Shown: in pieces, positions 38,725 to 48,881 of the stretch | Layout: every line of letters begins with the position of its first letter | Numbering within the stretch: position 1 is the first letter of the stretch | NCBI GenBank assembly: GCA_045544255.1 | Contig: JAZPYP010000007.1 | Location: 10,300 to 74,299 of the forward strand | Origin: Eubacteriales bacterium | GTDB lineage: Bacteria > Bacillota > Clostridia > Oscillospirales > QAKW01 | Reading direction: 5' to 3' | Length of the DNA: 64,000 nt | Program-made: the position numbers and the translations under genes | Notes under the pieces: generated by a model | Told to the model about the DNA's origin: nothing | Seen by the model: only the letters and a program-made list of their open reading frames with translations | The model's database searches: none

Positions 38725-41001
38725 ATGTCGGACGTATTTTATAAATTTTCTCCGTTTATCCAGGACTACATTTACAAAAATAACTGGTCATCTTTAAGAA
38801 GCATCCAGCTTGCGTGCGCAGAGGTATTATTTGAAAGCGACAGTAATCTTCTTGTAACATCGGGAACTGCATCAGGAAAGACCGAAGCGGCTTTTTTTCC
38901 TATAATATCAATGATGGCATCAGATATGCCAAAAAGTATAGGCGCGCTGTATATAGCGCCGTTAAAAAGCCTTATCAACGATCAGTTTCTCCGTCTTGAT
39001 GAAATTCTGGACGAATGTGAAATACCTGTATTTCATTGGCACGGCGATGTTGCCGCATCGCACAAGAACAAGCTGCTTAAAAATCCCAGAGGAATACTGC
39101 AAATAACACCTGAATCACTCGAAAGCATGCTTATGAACCGTCCGAACGACATAGTTCGGCTGTTCTGCGATCTAAGATTTATCGTTATTGACGAAATACA
39201 CATTCTCACAGGCACAGACAGGGGAAATCAGATAATATGTCAGCTCAACAGAATATCCCGCATTATCGGCTCTGACGTGCGCAGAATAGGGCTTTCCGCA
39301 ACGGTGGGCGATGTTGAAACGGCAAAAAAATGGCTTTGCGGAGGCTCACAGCGTAAATGTGAATGCCCCATAGTTGAGGAAGGAAAAACATCGTGGCGTC
39401 TTGCTCTTGAGCATTTCTATATTCAAAACGAACGCTTTGACCAAACGGGCAAAAGCGTTGCATTTTCCGACATTAACATACAGTCAGAGCTGAATGCACA
39501 AAATCAGTCAGAGAAAAAAGTACAAGCGCCCGCCAGGGCAAAGATCGATGCAGGATACGAGTACATCTACGATTGTGTAAAAAAGAAAAAGAGTCTTGTG
39601 TTTTCAAATTCCCGTGAGGAGACTGAATATATTACAGCCACTCTCCGTCAGATAGCGGAAAACAGATCAGAGCCTGATATTTTCCTCATTCACCACGGAA
39701 ATCTTTCCGCGTCGCTGCGTGAGGAGGCTGAATATAAAATGAAGCGTGACGATTACAATGTCGTGACGTGTGCAACAGTTACTCTTGAATTGGGAGTGGA
39801 TATAGGAAGACTTGAAAGGATAGTGCAAAACGGCTCTGCAAATTCAGTATCCAGCTTTTTGCAACGCCTCGGACGAAGCGGCAGACGGGGAGAACCGCCT
39901 GAAATGTTTATGGTGTTCCGTGAGGAAAACCCTTTGCCTGAAACGCCGCTGCCGCAGCTTATTCCATGGGAGCTTATCCGCGCCATTGCTATAATACGCC
40001 TTTATACAGAGGAAAGGTTTATTGAGCCGCCAAGCAGAAAGCTCATGCCCTTCTCTCTTCTGTTTCAGCAAACTCTATCAATTCTTTTCGCAACAGGTGA
40101 GCTTACCGCAAAGCAGCTTGCGCAGAGAGTTTTGTCACTGCCGCCGTTTGAGGAGGTAGCAAAGGAGGACTACAAAGAGCTTCTTATCAGTATGATAAAA
40201 AATGACTATATACAGATGACAGATGAAAAAACTCTGATAATCGGTATGGCGGGCGAGCGTATAGTAAACAGCTTTAAATTCTACGCTGTATTCAAGGACA
40301 GTGAAAACTTTTCCGTAAGATGTGAGTCTGATGAGATCGGCACTATAACAACACCGCCCCCTGTTGGAGACAGATTTGCTCTTGCGGGCAGAGTCTGGGA
40401 GGTAACAGAGCTGGACATTCCGAGAAGACTTATATACGTTAAGAGTGTAAAAGGAAAAATGCAGGTATCCTGGCCGGGTGACAGCGGAGAGATACACACA
40501 AGGATACTCGAAAAAATGAAGGATGTGCTTTGCTATGATACAACGCTGTATCCTTATCTGAAGCCCAATGCTCGCAAAAGACTTGATATTGCAAGACACA
40601 TAGCATTAAATGCACATCTTGATAAAAGCCATATCATATCACTCGGGGGAATGACATACTGCTTTTTCCCGTGGCTTGGGACACGAAGCTTCAGGACCTT
40701 ACGCAAGCTGATGGCAAAAAACGCAAAATATCTAATGATCTCGAATATCGAATTTGAGGGCTGTTATTATATCACCTTCAAATACGAAGGTCCTTCGGTC
40801 GATGATCTTATATACAGGCTTCACGAATTATGTAAAAGAGGATTTGAAACCGTAGAGCTTGTATCACAGTCTGAAGTACCGATATTCGAAAAATATGACG
40901 AATATATACCTCACGAGCTGCTACGTAAGGCATACGGCGCAGACCGTCTGAGAAAGGACGAGCTGATCTGTCGCATAGACCAAATATATAAAAATTTATA
41001 A
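38725..41001 (+). CDS. Lhr-like DEAD/DEAH-box helicase
   Basis: SGTASGKTEA, DEIH, LSAT, HHGNLS, TLELGVDIG and QRLGRSGRR motifs. Confidence 0.92.
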   Translation: MSDVFYKFSPFIQDYIYKNNWSSLRSIQLACAEVLFESDSNLLVTSGTASGKTEAAFFPIISMMASDMPKSIGALYIAPLKSLINDQFLRLDEILDECEIPVFHWHGDVAASHKNKLLKNPRGILQITPESLESMLMNRPNDIVRLFCDLRFIVIDEIHILTGTDRGNQIICQLNRISRIIGSDVRRIGLSATVGDVETAKKWLCGGSQRKCECPIVEEGKTSWRLALEHFYIQNERFDQTGKSVAFSDINIQSELNAQNQSEKKVQAPARAKIDAGYEYIYDCVKKKKSLVFSNSREETEYITATLRQIAENRSEPDIFLIHHGNLSASLREEAEYKMKRDDYNVVTCATVTLELGVDIGRLERIVQNGSANSVSSFLQRLGRSGRRGEPPEMFMVFREENPLPETPLPQLIPWELIRAIAIIRLYTEERFIEPPSRKLMPFSLLFQQTLSILFATGELTAKQLAQRVLSLPPFEEVAKEDYKELLISMIKNDYIQMTDEKTLIIGMAGERIVNSFKFYAVFKDSENFSVRCESDEIGTITTPPPVGDRFALAGRVWEVTELDIPRRLIYVKSVKGKMQVSWPGDSGEIHTRILEKMKDVLCYDTTLYPYLKPNARKRLDIARHIALNAHLDKSHIISLGGMTYCFFPWLGTRSFRTLRKLMAKNAKYLMISNIEFEGCYYITFKYEGPSVDDLIYRLHELCKRGFETVELVSQSEVPIFEKYDEYIPHELLRKAYGADRLRKDELICRIDQIYKNL

Positions 41002-41091
41002 TATATCCCCGTTTGTCAATTCATAATATCATTATGATAATGAAAAATCATTTTGATTAAGATAGAATGATTGCAAACGGGGGTTTAATTT

Positions 41092-41373
41092 ATGGTTTAT
41101 GCAAAAATAAAGACTTTACGTATGCAGCACGGAATGACGCAGTCGGATCTTGCGAAGAAATTAGGTGTAACACGCTCTTGCGTCAATGCGTGGGAAATGG
41201 GAATATCCGTTCCGTCAACGCAATATATAGTACAGTTAGCGCTTCTTTTCAAGGTTTCGTCAGATTATCTTCTGGGCATAGACAGTACCTCGACGGTGAA
41301 TGTTGCAGGGCTTGACAGCGACGATCTTAAGATTGTAAATGCACTCATCAACCATCTGAAAAGCAGGCATTAA
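41092..41373 (+). CDS. XRE-family HTH regulator
   Basis: MTQSDLAKKLGVTRSCVNAWE...VSSDYLLG. Confidence 0.9.
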   Translation: MVYAKIKTLRMQHGMTQSDLAKKLGVTRSCVNAWEMGISVPSTQYIVQLALLFKVSSDYLLGIDSTSTVNVAGLDSDDLKIVNALINHLKSRH

Positions 41374-41374
41374 C

Positions 41375-41404
41375 TTGACAAGAACGCAGCTTTAATGGTA
41401 TAAT
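41375..41404 (+). promoter_or_regulatory. Promoter
   Basis: TTGACA-N18-TATAAT with extended TG. Confidence 0.55.
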
Positions 41405-41451
41405 CATATCGGGAAAGCAGAAAGGAGGATAGGGTCATCAGCTTTTTAAAT

Positions 41452-42261
41452 TTGTTCAATGGCAAGAAAAAATCAAACGCTCTGGTATTTGTCGATTATG
41501 AGCATTGGCATGTTTCAATATATAAAAATTATGCCGCACGGCCTGAGATAAAAGCATGGAAAAACGCACTCGATCAAAAATACAATATAGTTGATATGTT
41601 TTTTTTCGGAGATTTTTCAAATTCCGGTATGCGTTACGATATACCAAAAATACGTGAGGTCACAAACAATGTTATCGAAACGCAAAACACAAGTCAGCAC
41701 TATAAAAAGGATTTTACAGATTTCATAATGCTTGATTATATATATCAGCGCGCTATGGCAAGTAAAAGCATCGATACGTTTATAATTTTCACAGGCGACG
41801 GACACTTTACATCTGTCGTTAAATTTCTTACGAACGTATGCAAAAAGGAAGTTGTGGTATATGCCGTAAGGGACTGTCTTTCGGGAATGCTCAAAAACGC
41901 TTGTACTCATTATGAAGAGATACCGACATCTGAGGATATAGAAAAAGCACGTATATCAACAGTAGTTCAATATATGGCTAACAGAAAAAGCGAAAAGGGA
42001 GCGCGCAGATACGTAACCTTTTTATCGACCATGGAGGCCGTTTCCGAAAAGAACGGAATTGACTGCGAGGAAGTACGGGAAACAATGACTGATATGCTGC
42101 AGAAGAATTATCTTCGTCAGGAAAGAAAATTTCTTCCCGGCGGAAAGCAGCTCAAGGCATTATATCTGAATGAAGAAAAATTAAAGCAAGACGGATATGA
42201 GGCGGCATTTGATGTAAAACCGTCTGCATCTGAAAGAACAACTCAAAAAATAAAAAAATAG
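41452..42261 (+). CDS. NYN (LabA/DUF88, PIN-like) domain protein
   Basis: FVDYEH, KDFTDFIMLD, FTGDGHF and SGMLKNAC motifs, plus a C-terminal helical domain. Confidence 0.85.
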   Translation: MFNGKKKSNALVFVDYEHWHVSIYKNYAARPEIKAWKNALDQKYNIVDMFFFGDFSNSGMRYDIPKIREVTNNVIETQNTSQHYKKDFTDFIMLDYIYQRAMASKSIDTFIIFTGDGHFTSVVKFLTNVCKKEVVVYAVRDCLSGMLKNACTHYEEIPTSEDIEKARISTVVQYMANRKSEKGARRYVTFLSTMEAVSEKNGIDCEEVRETMTDMLQKNYLRQERKFLPGGKQLKALYLNEEKLKQDGYEAAFDVKPSASERTTQKIKK

Positions 42262-42273
42262 TTTGTAAAGGTT

Positions 42274-43215
42274 ATGTACGGTAACGTATTTTTAAACGAA
42301 TATCTGAACAACGAGTTACCTGCCATATGGGTAAATTCACATTTTGAAATAACTGAATACAATGCAGCCTTTCACAAGATTTTCACTTCTTGTGACATAG
42401 GTACGGCAGTCACCGTATACACGCTCAGCACGGTATCGGATAAACGCTTTCCCTATACTGCCGTTCTGAAGCTGCTCGGAGAAAAATATATCTGTTGTAT
42501 AAGCCATGAAAGGAATGGTAGCGTTATATATTTTTCCACATCAGGCAACGATGGTATTTGCGGTCTCATATTTGCCCGCTATGCAATAGAAAGCAAAAAA
42601 TGTGAGCTTTTTCGCAGATCTGATATAAAGATGCACGAAAGAAACGCAGCTGAATATGCTCATTCTCTTCACGTTCTGGCAACGTGTCTTGAAATGTTTC
42701 CGAGCAGTCCGCACACATCGTTGAAAAATGATGAAGCGTACCGTCTTGTCGAATATACAGTACGCCGTTTCAAAGCCCTGAAGATGTCTGCAAAGGATAT
42801 AGTATTCCGATTTCACTGCTTTGAAAGCGCAGAGGAAATAAGTATTCAGATCGTACCTGTGATGGTATGTCTGATAATATCGGCAATGTCCTTTTCAAAA
42901 AGCGGTATCACTTTTCTGATAGAACGCACACTTAACGAATATATATTCCATCTGGAATTTGACGAAACCGATCTTGAGTTTGATTATATGAATTACGGAT
43001 ACGCCGGCTGGGTGTTGGAAAAAGCAGCAAAAAATAACGGCTGGCACATAACACAAACAAAAAACACCGACAAATATTCCGTTTCGGTAACGTTCAGAGT
43101 ACCTTCGTACAAGGATAAATACACGTTGCATTCCCAAAGCCGACATTTTGATACAAACGATTTTATCGCCTTATGTCTTAAATCGTTTCTCGGTGAGCCG
43201 TCAGATTTTGTTTAA
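42274..43215 (+). CDS. Hypothetical protein, possibly a degenerate PAS/GHKL sensor-kinase-like protein
   Basis: 313-aa ORF; PAS-like start (ITEYNAAFHKIF) and weak HATPase-like end, without intact N/G boxes. Confidence 0.55.
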   Translation: MYGNVFLNEYLNNELPAIWVNSHFEITEYNAAFHKIFTSCDIGTAVTVYTLSTVSDKRFPYTAVLKLLGEKYICCISHERNGSVIYFSTSGNDGICGLIFARYAIESKKCELFRRSDIKMHERNAAEYAHSLHVLATCLEMFPSSPHTSLKNDEAYRLVEYTVRRFKALKMSAKDIVFRFHCFESAEEISIQIVPVMVCLIISAMSFSKSGITFLIERTLNEYIFHLEFDETDLEFDYMNYGYAGWVLEKAAKNNGWHITQTKNTDKYSVSVTFRVPSYKDKYTLHSQSRHFDTNDFIALCLKSFLGEPSDFV

Positions 43216-43272
43216 AACAAGAATATCCGCCCGAAGTCTGTTTGACTGCGGGCGGAGCTTTTTATATCCGTA

Positions 43273-44166
43273 TTATCTATGTATACGCCATCTGCCGAAC
43301 ACCTCGTTTACCTTCTGGAAGCTGGCAAACGTATCAGGATAACGCTTTATTATTTTCATCATTGCACCGATCTGGCGTTTATTCACTATGCAAACGAGCA
43401 TATATTTATCAGTATCGGAATACATTCCGTGTACGCTTATCTGAGTGACACCGTGCTTTAATGATGTCATCAGCTCTCTTGCAAGATTTTCAGGATCGTT
43501 CGTCACTATTTCGAATTTATATCCGTTGCGTATACCGTTCAAGCCGTTATCAACGATGATATTCGCAATAAACAGGTTGAGCAGGGTACATATTACGGGG
43601 GTAACCTTCATTCCGTAAACGAAAAAGGCAATAAATACAACGCAAGCGTCCATAATAAACGAAACGTAAGCCACGTTCGTTTCAGGACGTGCTTTTTTTA
43701 TAAGAGCAGATATACCGTACGTGCCGCCGCTTGCGCCGAAGCGTCTGAGCATTATCGAAAAGCCGAAGCCTGAAACAACACCCGTTGCAATGCAGGCAAA
43801 CACTACGTTGAAGTCCTCTGCGCTGTATGCCTGACAATACGGTCTTACACCTGCGCTTTCAAGGAGCTTTGGAACAAGCGCCTGCACTATCATATACAGG
43901 CTCAGTATAATTCCGAGCTTTCTGTCAAGAACTATCGTTATGATCAAAAAGATAGGCAAATTGAATGCTATCATCAAAAATGACCAACTTATCCTGTCGC
44001 CCAGCAAATAGTGTGTTATAGTGGCAAGACCACCAACCCCTCCGGGAGCAAATCCGTTACTGTTCTGAAAGAAAAAGTACGCAGCTCCGACGATCATCCC
44101 GGCGGCAATAGCGCAAAGAATATCGAAGATCAACACTCTTACCTTTTTTGCATTTTCCGTTTTCAT
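43273..44166 (-). CDS. YitT family membrane protein (DUF161/DUF2179)
   Basis: APGGVGGLA, FNLPI, GASGGT, HGVT...GMYS and YPDTF motifs. Confidence 0.9.
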   Translation of the reverse strand: MKTENAKKVRVLIFDILCAIAAGMIVGAAYFFFQNSNGFAPGGVGGLATITHYLLGDRISWSFLMIAFNLPIFLIITIVLDRKLGIILSLYMIVQALVPKLLESAGVRPYCQAYSAEDFNVVFACIATGVVSGFGFSIMLRRFGASGGTYGISALIKKARPETNVAYVSFIMDACVVFIAFFVYGMKVTPVICTLLNLFIANIIVDNGLNGIRNGYKFEIVTNDPENLARELMTSLKHGVTQISVHGMYSDTDKYMLVCIVNKRQIGAMMKIIKRYPDTFASFQKVNEVFGRWRIHR

Positions 44167-44295
44167 AACTATCCTATTCTGCCGAGTTACATCAGTATGC
44201 ATTTCGGCTGTACAGTATTTATAGCTACGCTATTATATCACAGTATCATACCGTTTATCAAGACGTTATCAAAAAAAATATGCCATAATCGCTAT

Positions 44296-44988
44296 TTATT
44301 CCGATATTTCGTCATAGATCGGTATCAGATCAAACCATACGGCTCTGAAGCGTTGATCTATGCTTTTATCGTAATGCCAATGGCCGAAAAACCACCTTTT
44401 GAATTCCACCTCACACATTACCCATTCAAGAAATCCCGTAAGCTCCATATCGTGCATATCGGGAAACTTTCCCATCATTCTTATCACATGGCGTGGTGCT
44501 GTGTGAGTAACTATATAATCGACCTTACAGTTATGCTCCTTTAATGAGCTTATTCCCTCTTTATACTCGGAATCACTCGGTAATTCCTGACTCCACCACG
44601 AAGTGCCCTCTGTGCGTATATACTTATCTATACTGTATGCGCCGCCCATTGTGAATATCTTTTTTCCGTTTACAGTAAATACCTGTCCACGCATAAGATG
44701 AAGAACGTTTCGTCTTATTCTGTGAATATAGCCGCCGTTCCAGATTTCCTTAGGATAACTGTATATCCGTGAAAAATTCTCGTGATTTCCGTCACAGAAG
44801 CATATCGTATACGGCTTTTTTGAAAGGACGTCAAGAAACTCTTCCTCCTGCTGCGAGCCTGTGAAAATAAATCCGAAATCGCCGCAGACGATAAGAACAT
44901 CATCAACTGTCCATTTATCCTCATTTCGTAAATATTCCTTTCTGAAGCGATTTGTATCGCCGTGCATATCTCCTGTTATGTATATCAT
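44296..44988 (-). CDS. Calcineurin-like metallophosphoesterase
   Basis: GDMHG, GDFG, GNHE, THTAP and FGHWH motifs. Confidence 0.92.
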   Translation of the reverse strand: MIYITGDMHGDTNRFRKEYLRNEDKWTVDDVLIVCGDFGFIFTGSQQEEEFLDVLSKKPYTICFCDGNHENFSRIYSYPKEIWNGGYIHRIRRNVLHLMRGQVFTVNGKKIFTMGGAYSIDKYIRTEGTSWWSQELPSDSEYKEGISSLKEHNCKVDYIVTHTAPRHVIRMMGKFPDMHDMELTGFLEWVMCEVEFKRWFFGHWHYDKSIDQRFRAVWFDLIPIYDEISE

Positions 44989-45130
44989 AGTAAACCACCT
45001 GTCTTTGATCTGTATTTCAGTATTCTATCACGCTTTAATGTCATTGTCAAGTATGACGCATAACGGCATATATAAGCCTTTTATAATCCTGTACCGTATG
45101 TCATTAACGGTAATAAAACATAAAAACATC

Positions 45131-45159
45131 TTGACTATTGATAAAAGATGTGATATAAT
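45131..45159 (+). promoter_or_regulatory. Promoter
   Basis: TTGACT-N17-TATAAT with extended TG. Confidence 0.7.
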
Positions 45160-45164
45160 ACGCA

Positions 45165-45383
45165 TTGCCAAGCTAACTTAATATGTGTGAAATACGGGTG
45201 TGCTATCTTTATTTATCGGGATAGTTATACTCTTTTTTGAGCATAATATCATTCATTGAATTTGACAAAATGCAAATTCCATTTATGATGATATTATGGT
45301 TACACCCAATTTCACGTAAAGTTAGTTTGGCGACTATCGGAGTTTGCGTTTTTGTGCGGTTGCTTCGGTAGCCGCACTTTTTT
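45165..45383 (+). ncRNA. Candidate structured ncRNA or leader RNA ending in an intrinsic terminator
   Basis: Outer stem 45165-45201/45302-45333; inner stem 45242-45264/45273-45298; terminator GTGCGGTTGC-TTCG-GTAGCCGCAC-T6. Confidence 0.55.
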
Positions 45384-45411
45384 ATTTTATTCATTTCAGA
45401 AAGGAAAGAAA

Positions 45412-46197
45412 ATGAAAAACAAACTCAAAACACCTTTAACGCTTTTGCTCGCCTTCGCAACCTGTATGACTTTTGCCGCCTGCACGGGTCAGATCAGTTC
45501 AACAGACGCGTCTTCCGATTACAACACATCATCAAACGAAGAAGCAACACTTGCAGAAATATCTACGTCGGCTATAACGACAGCTCCCGCAGAAGATTCC
45601 GCAACAAACGCTACTGTTACCGATGCACCCGTTACCGACACCCCTGTAACAAATGCCCCTGTAACAAATGAACCTGCAACAACTCCCGAAACGAAAGCTC
45701 CTGCAAAGGACACGACAAAAACGCCCGAAACGGAAGCACCCGTAGAGGACACGACGAAAGCCCCCGAAACATCTGCACCTGAAGAAGAAACAAAAGCTCC
45801 CGAAACGGCGAAGCATATATTGACGATTCCTCCGGAAGATCCTTCTGTGGATTATTACGAATTAGGTAAATACGGTTTTGAAAAAATGCTTCCCGAAGCA
45901 TTGCCGTTCAGTGATGAAGAAGCAAACTGGTTAAATATAAAATTTGATGTTGATTCAGATTCCGGTTCCTTTATTACGTATTCTATTATTTCCGGAAATG
46001 TAATGTATTCTACAGACGAAGAACGTGCAGTTTGCTATGACATACTCGATGAATATGCAAATTCATTAAAAAAATATGGGTATGGTTTATATAAGACTTA
46101 CCGCTATTGGAAATTAACTGACGATTTAAATAACACAATACTCATAGCTTTAACCCAAAATATCATATCAATTGACATTACACCCGCAAAAGTGTAA
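45412..46197 (+). CDS. Lipoprotein with Thr/Pro-rich repeat stalk
   Basis: FAAC lipobox; VT(D/N)xP x4 and PETxAP repeats; AAGGA Shine-Dalgarno. Confidence 0.8.
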   Translation: MKNKLKTPLTLLLAFATCMTFAACTGQISSTDASSDYNTSSNEEATLAEISTSAITTAPAEDSATNATVTDAPVTDTPVTNAPVTNEPATTPETKAPAKDTTKTPETEAPVEDTTKAPETSAPEEETKAPETAKHILTIPPEDPSVDYYELGKYGFEKMLPEALPFSDEEANWLNIKFDVDSDSGSFITYSIISGNVMYSTDEERAVCYDILDEYANSLKKYGYGLYKTYRYWKLTDDLNNTILIALTQNIISIDITPAKV

Positions 46198-46286
46198 CTT
46201 ATATTGTAAAGATACTGTCTTCATATTCAGCACTGCACAGATCAGCCGTGTATATTTTTTTCTATATGCCATAAGCAACAGTTCAC

Positions 46287-46315
46287 TTGACAAAGGAATA
46301 TGCCTGTGATATAAT
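46287..46315 (+). promoter_or_regulatory. mntP promoter
   Basis: TTGACA-N17-TATAAT with TG. Confidence 0.7.
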
Positions 46316-46349
46316 GCATAAACATATTGTGAATTGCGGAGAGTGTGTT

Positions 46350-46934
46350 TTGAATATAGGATTTTTTATTAAAAGTGTTTTACTCGGCGTAGGTCTTGCT
46401 ATGGATGCATTTTCCGTATCTCTGGCAAACGGCCTGCACGAGCCGAATATGAAAAAAATGCGTATGGGCGGTATTTCGTGCGTTTTTGCTTTTTTTCAGT
46501 TTTTGATGCCTATGATAGGCTGGGTATGCGTTCATACGGCGGCTGAAAAATTCAAAATGTTTGAAAAGCTGATCCCATGGATAGCGCTTATATTGCTGCT
46601 GTTTATAGGCGGAAAAATGCTTATTGAGGGCATAAAAAATAAATCCGAGCAGGAGGAAGCATCATCATCCGAAGTCGGAGTATTCGCCTTACTTTTGCAG
46701 GGCGTTGCAACGAGCATTGATGCTCTGTCCGTAGGTTTTACGATCTCTGATTACGGATATACGCAAGCGTTGGCCTGCTGTGCAGTCATAGCCGCCGTCA
46801 CGTTCATCATATGTATGGCAGGCGTTGCCATCGGCAAACGGTTCGGTATGAGCCTTGCCGAAAAGGCGTCTGTATTGGGCGGTGCAATACTGATATTTAT
46901 CGGACTTGAAATATTTATTACAGGCGTTTTTTGA
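46350..46934 (+). CDS. mntP: Manganese efflux pump MntP family protein
   Basis: GLAMDAFSVS, FQFLMP and ATSIDALSVG motifs; TTG start after GGAG. Confidence 0.9.
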   Translation: MNIGFFIKSVLLGVGLAMDAFSVSLANGLHEPNMKKMRMGGISCVFAFFQFLMPMIGWVCVHTAAEKFKMFEKLIPWIALILLLFIGGKMLIEGIKNKSEQEEASSSEVGVFALLLQGVATSIDALSVGFTISDYGYTQALACCAVIAAVTFIICMAGVAIGKRFGMSLAEKASVLGGAILIFIGLEIFITGVF

Positions 46935-47074
46935 TATCATCCCTCATTATCGCACAAGCGGTAATGAGGGTGTTTTGTTATAAAAGTGCTGAAAATTATA
47001 TACTATAAAGTGCTTTTCATGCTTTTTCCCCTTCGCTATTAACTTTTTTAAATATCGTTATTAATATTATTCTC

Positions 47075-47103
47075 TTGACAAACATTTAAAGCGGTAGTAT
47101 AAT
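47075..47103 (+). promoter_or_regulatory. Promoter
   Basis: TTGACA-N17-TATAAT. Confidence 0.7.
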
Positions 47104-47136
47104 TTACGTATACTTTAACACAAAGGAGATGCTCCA

Positions 47137-48444
47137 ATGGCAAATTACTATCAGCCCGAGCTTGAATGTGCCTCTCGCGAAAAGATGCGGGCTATACAGA
47201 ATGAAAAGCTTGTAAAGCAAGTAAAGCACGTGTATGAAAACGTAAAGTATTACCGTGATCTTATGGACGAAAAGGGCGTAAAGCCTGATGATATCAAATC
47301 TGTTGACGATCTGCACAAGCTGCCGTTTTTAACAAAGGCAGACCTGCGTGATGCATATCCGTACGGTCTTTTGGGTACTGACCTTAAAAACTGCGTACGT
47401 ATACAGTCAACAAGCGGCACTACCGGCAGACGTGTCGTTGCATTTTATACCCAAAAGGACGTTGATCTGTGGGAAGAATGCTGCGCGAGAGCGATCGTTG
47501 CCGTTGGCGGCACTAATGAGGATGTATGCCAGGTAGCTTACGGCTACGGACTTTTCACAGGCGGTCCTGGGCTTAACGGCGGCTCACACAAGGTAGGATG
47601 TCTTACACTTCCTATGTCATCCGGAAACACCGAGCGACAGATACAGTTTATGCAGGATCTGCACGCAACTATTCTTTGCTGCACCCCCTCTTACGCTGCA
47701 TACATAGGCGAAACACTCAAGGAAATGGGGCTTAAGCCTGAGGATATTGACCTTAAGGCAGGTATATTCGGCGCTGAGCCTTGGACTGAGGAAATGCGCA
47801 GAGATATAGAAAAGTCGCTCGGCATCAAGGCGTATGACATTTACGGCCTCACAGAAACGAGCGGCCCCGGTGTTGCCTTCGAATGTGAGGAGCAAACGGG
47901 TATGCATATCAACGAGGACCACTTCTTAGCTGAGATAATCGATCCTGAAACAGGCGAGGTTCTCCCCGAAGGATCGAAGGGTGAGCTTGTATTTACAAGC
48001 CTTGACAAAGAAGGCTTTCCTCTGCTTCGTTACCGCACAAGAGATATATGTATTCTCTCCCGCAAAAAATGCTCCTGCGGCCGTACGCTTATAAAAATGT
48101 GCAAGCCTATGGGCAGAAGCGACGATATGCTTATAATCAGAGGTGTCAACGTATTCCCCTCGCAGATAGAATCCGTTCTTCTTAAGGAAGGATACTCCGC
48201 AAACTATCTTATCGAGGTTGACAGAGCCAACAACACAGACACGCTTGACGTTTCCGTCGAGCTTACGCCTGAGCAGTTCTCTGACACAATGAAGGATCTT
48301 GCGGCAAAAGAAAAATCACTCGCTAACGCTATCAAGACGATGCTCGGTATCAATCCTAAGGTACACCTTGTTGCGCCCAAGACGATCACCAGAAGCGAAG
48401 GCAAAGCCGTACGTGTTATTGATAAGCGAAAGCTACACGATTAA
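47137..48444 (+). CDS. paaK: Phenylacetate-CoA ligase family protein
   Basis: STSGTTG, YGYGLFTGG, GAEPW, DIYGLTE and GRSDDMLIIRGVNVFPSQIE motifs. Confidence 0.93.
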   Translation: MANYYQPELECASREKMRAIQNEKLVKQVKHVYENVKYYRDLMDEKGVKPDDIKSVDDLHKLPFLTKADLRDAYPYGLLGTDLKNCVRIQSTSGTTGRRVVAFYTQKDVDLWEECCARAIVAVGGTNEDVCQVAYGYGLFTGGPGLNGGSHKVGCLTLPMSSGNTERQIQFMQDLHATILCCTPSYAAYIGETLKEMGLKPEDIDLKAGIFGAEPWTEEMRRDIEKSLGIKAYDIYGLTETSGPGVAFECEEQTGMHINEDHFLAEIIDPETGEVLPEGSKGELVFTSLDKEGFPLLRYRTRDICILSRKKCSCGRTLIKMCKPMGRSDDMLIIRGVNVFPSQIESVLLKEGYSANYLIEVDRANNTDTLDVSVELTPEQFSDTMKDLAAKEKSLANAIKTMLGINPKVHLVAPKTITRSEGKAVRVIDKRKLHD

Positions 48445-48455
48445 AGGAGGATATT

Positions 48456-48878
48456 ATGAGCGTTAAACAAATTTCGGTATTTATCGAAAACAAAAAAGGC
48501 AAGCTCGCAGAAACTACAAGATTTATTGCAGATCACAACATAAATCTTAAGGCTCTTTCCATTGCCGACACGCAGGATTACGGTATTTTGCGTATAATAT
48601 GCGACGATACTGCTGCAGCGCAGGCGGCGCTGACAAGCGGCGGATACATCACACTTGTAAATGACGTTCTCGCCTGCGCAATATCCGACAGGCCCGGAAG
48701 CCTTGCTACGATCCTTGAGGTTCTTTCAGAGGCTAATGTATCAGTTGAGTACACATACGCATTTCTTTCCAATAAAACGGGGGCGTATATGATCTTCCGT
48801 GTTGATGATAATCAGTCTGCCGCCGCCGCACTTGCAGGTGCAGGCATAAAAACGGTAAACGAAAACGAGCTGTTTTAA
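48456..48878 (+). CDS. Tandem ACT-domain protein
   Basis: KQISVFIENKKG...DRPGSL...VEYTYAF; typical paaK neighbour. Confidence 0.9.
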   Translation: MSVKQISVFIENKKGKLAETTRFIADHNINLKALSIADTQDYGILRIICDDTAAAQAALTSGGYITLVNDVLACAISDRPGSLATILEVLSEANVSVEYTYAFLSNKTGAYMIFRVDDNQSAAAALAGAGIKTVNENELF

Positions 48879-48881
48879 AGG

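Noticed and set aside
45610-45810. Repeats in the lipoprotein as a mobile or contingency locus
   Set aside because: Degenerate in-frame Thr/Pro linker repeats, common in surface lipoproteins
46200-46349. yybP-ykoY Mn riboswitch before mntP
   Set aside because: The promoter ends about 35 nt before the start codon, leaving no room, and no motif is seen
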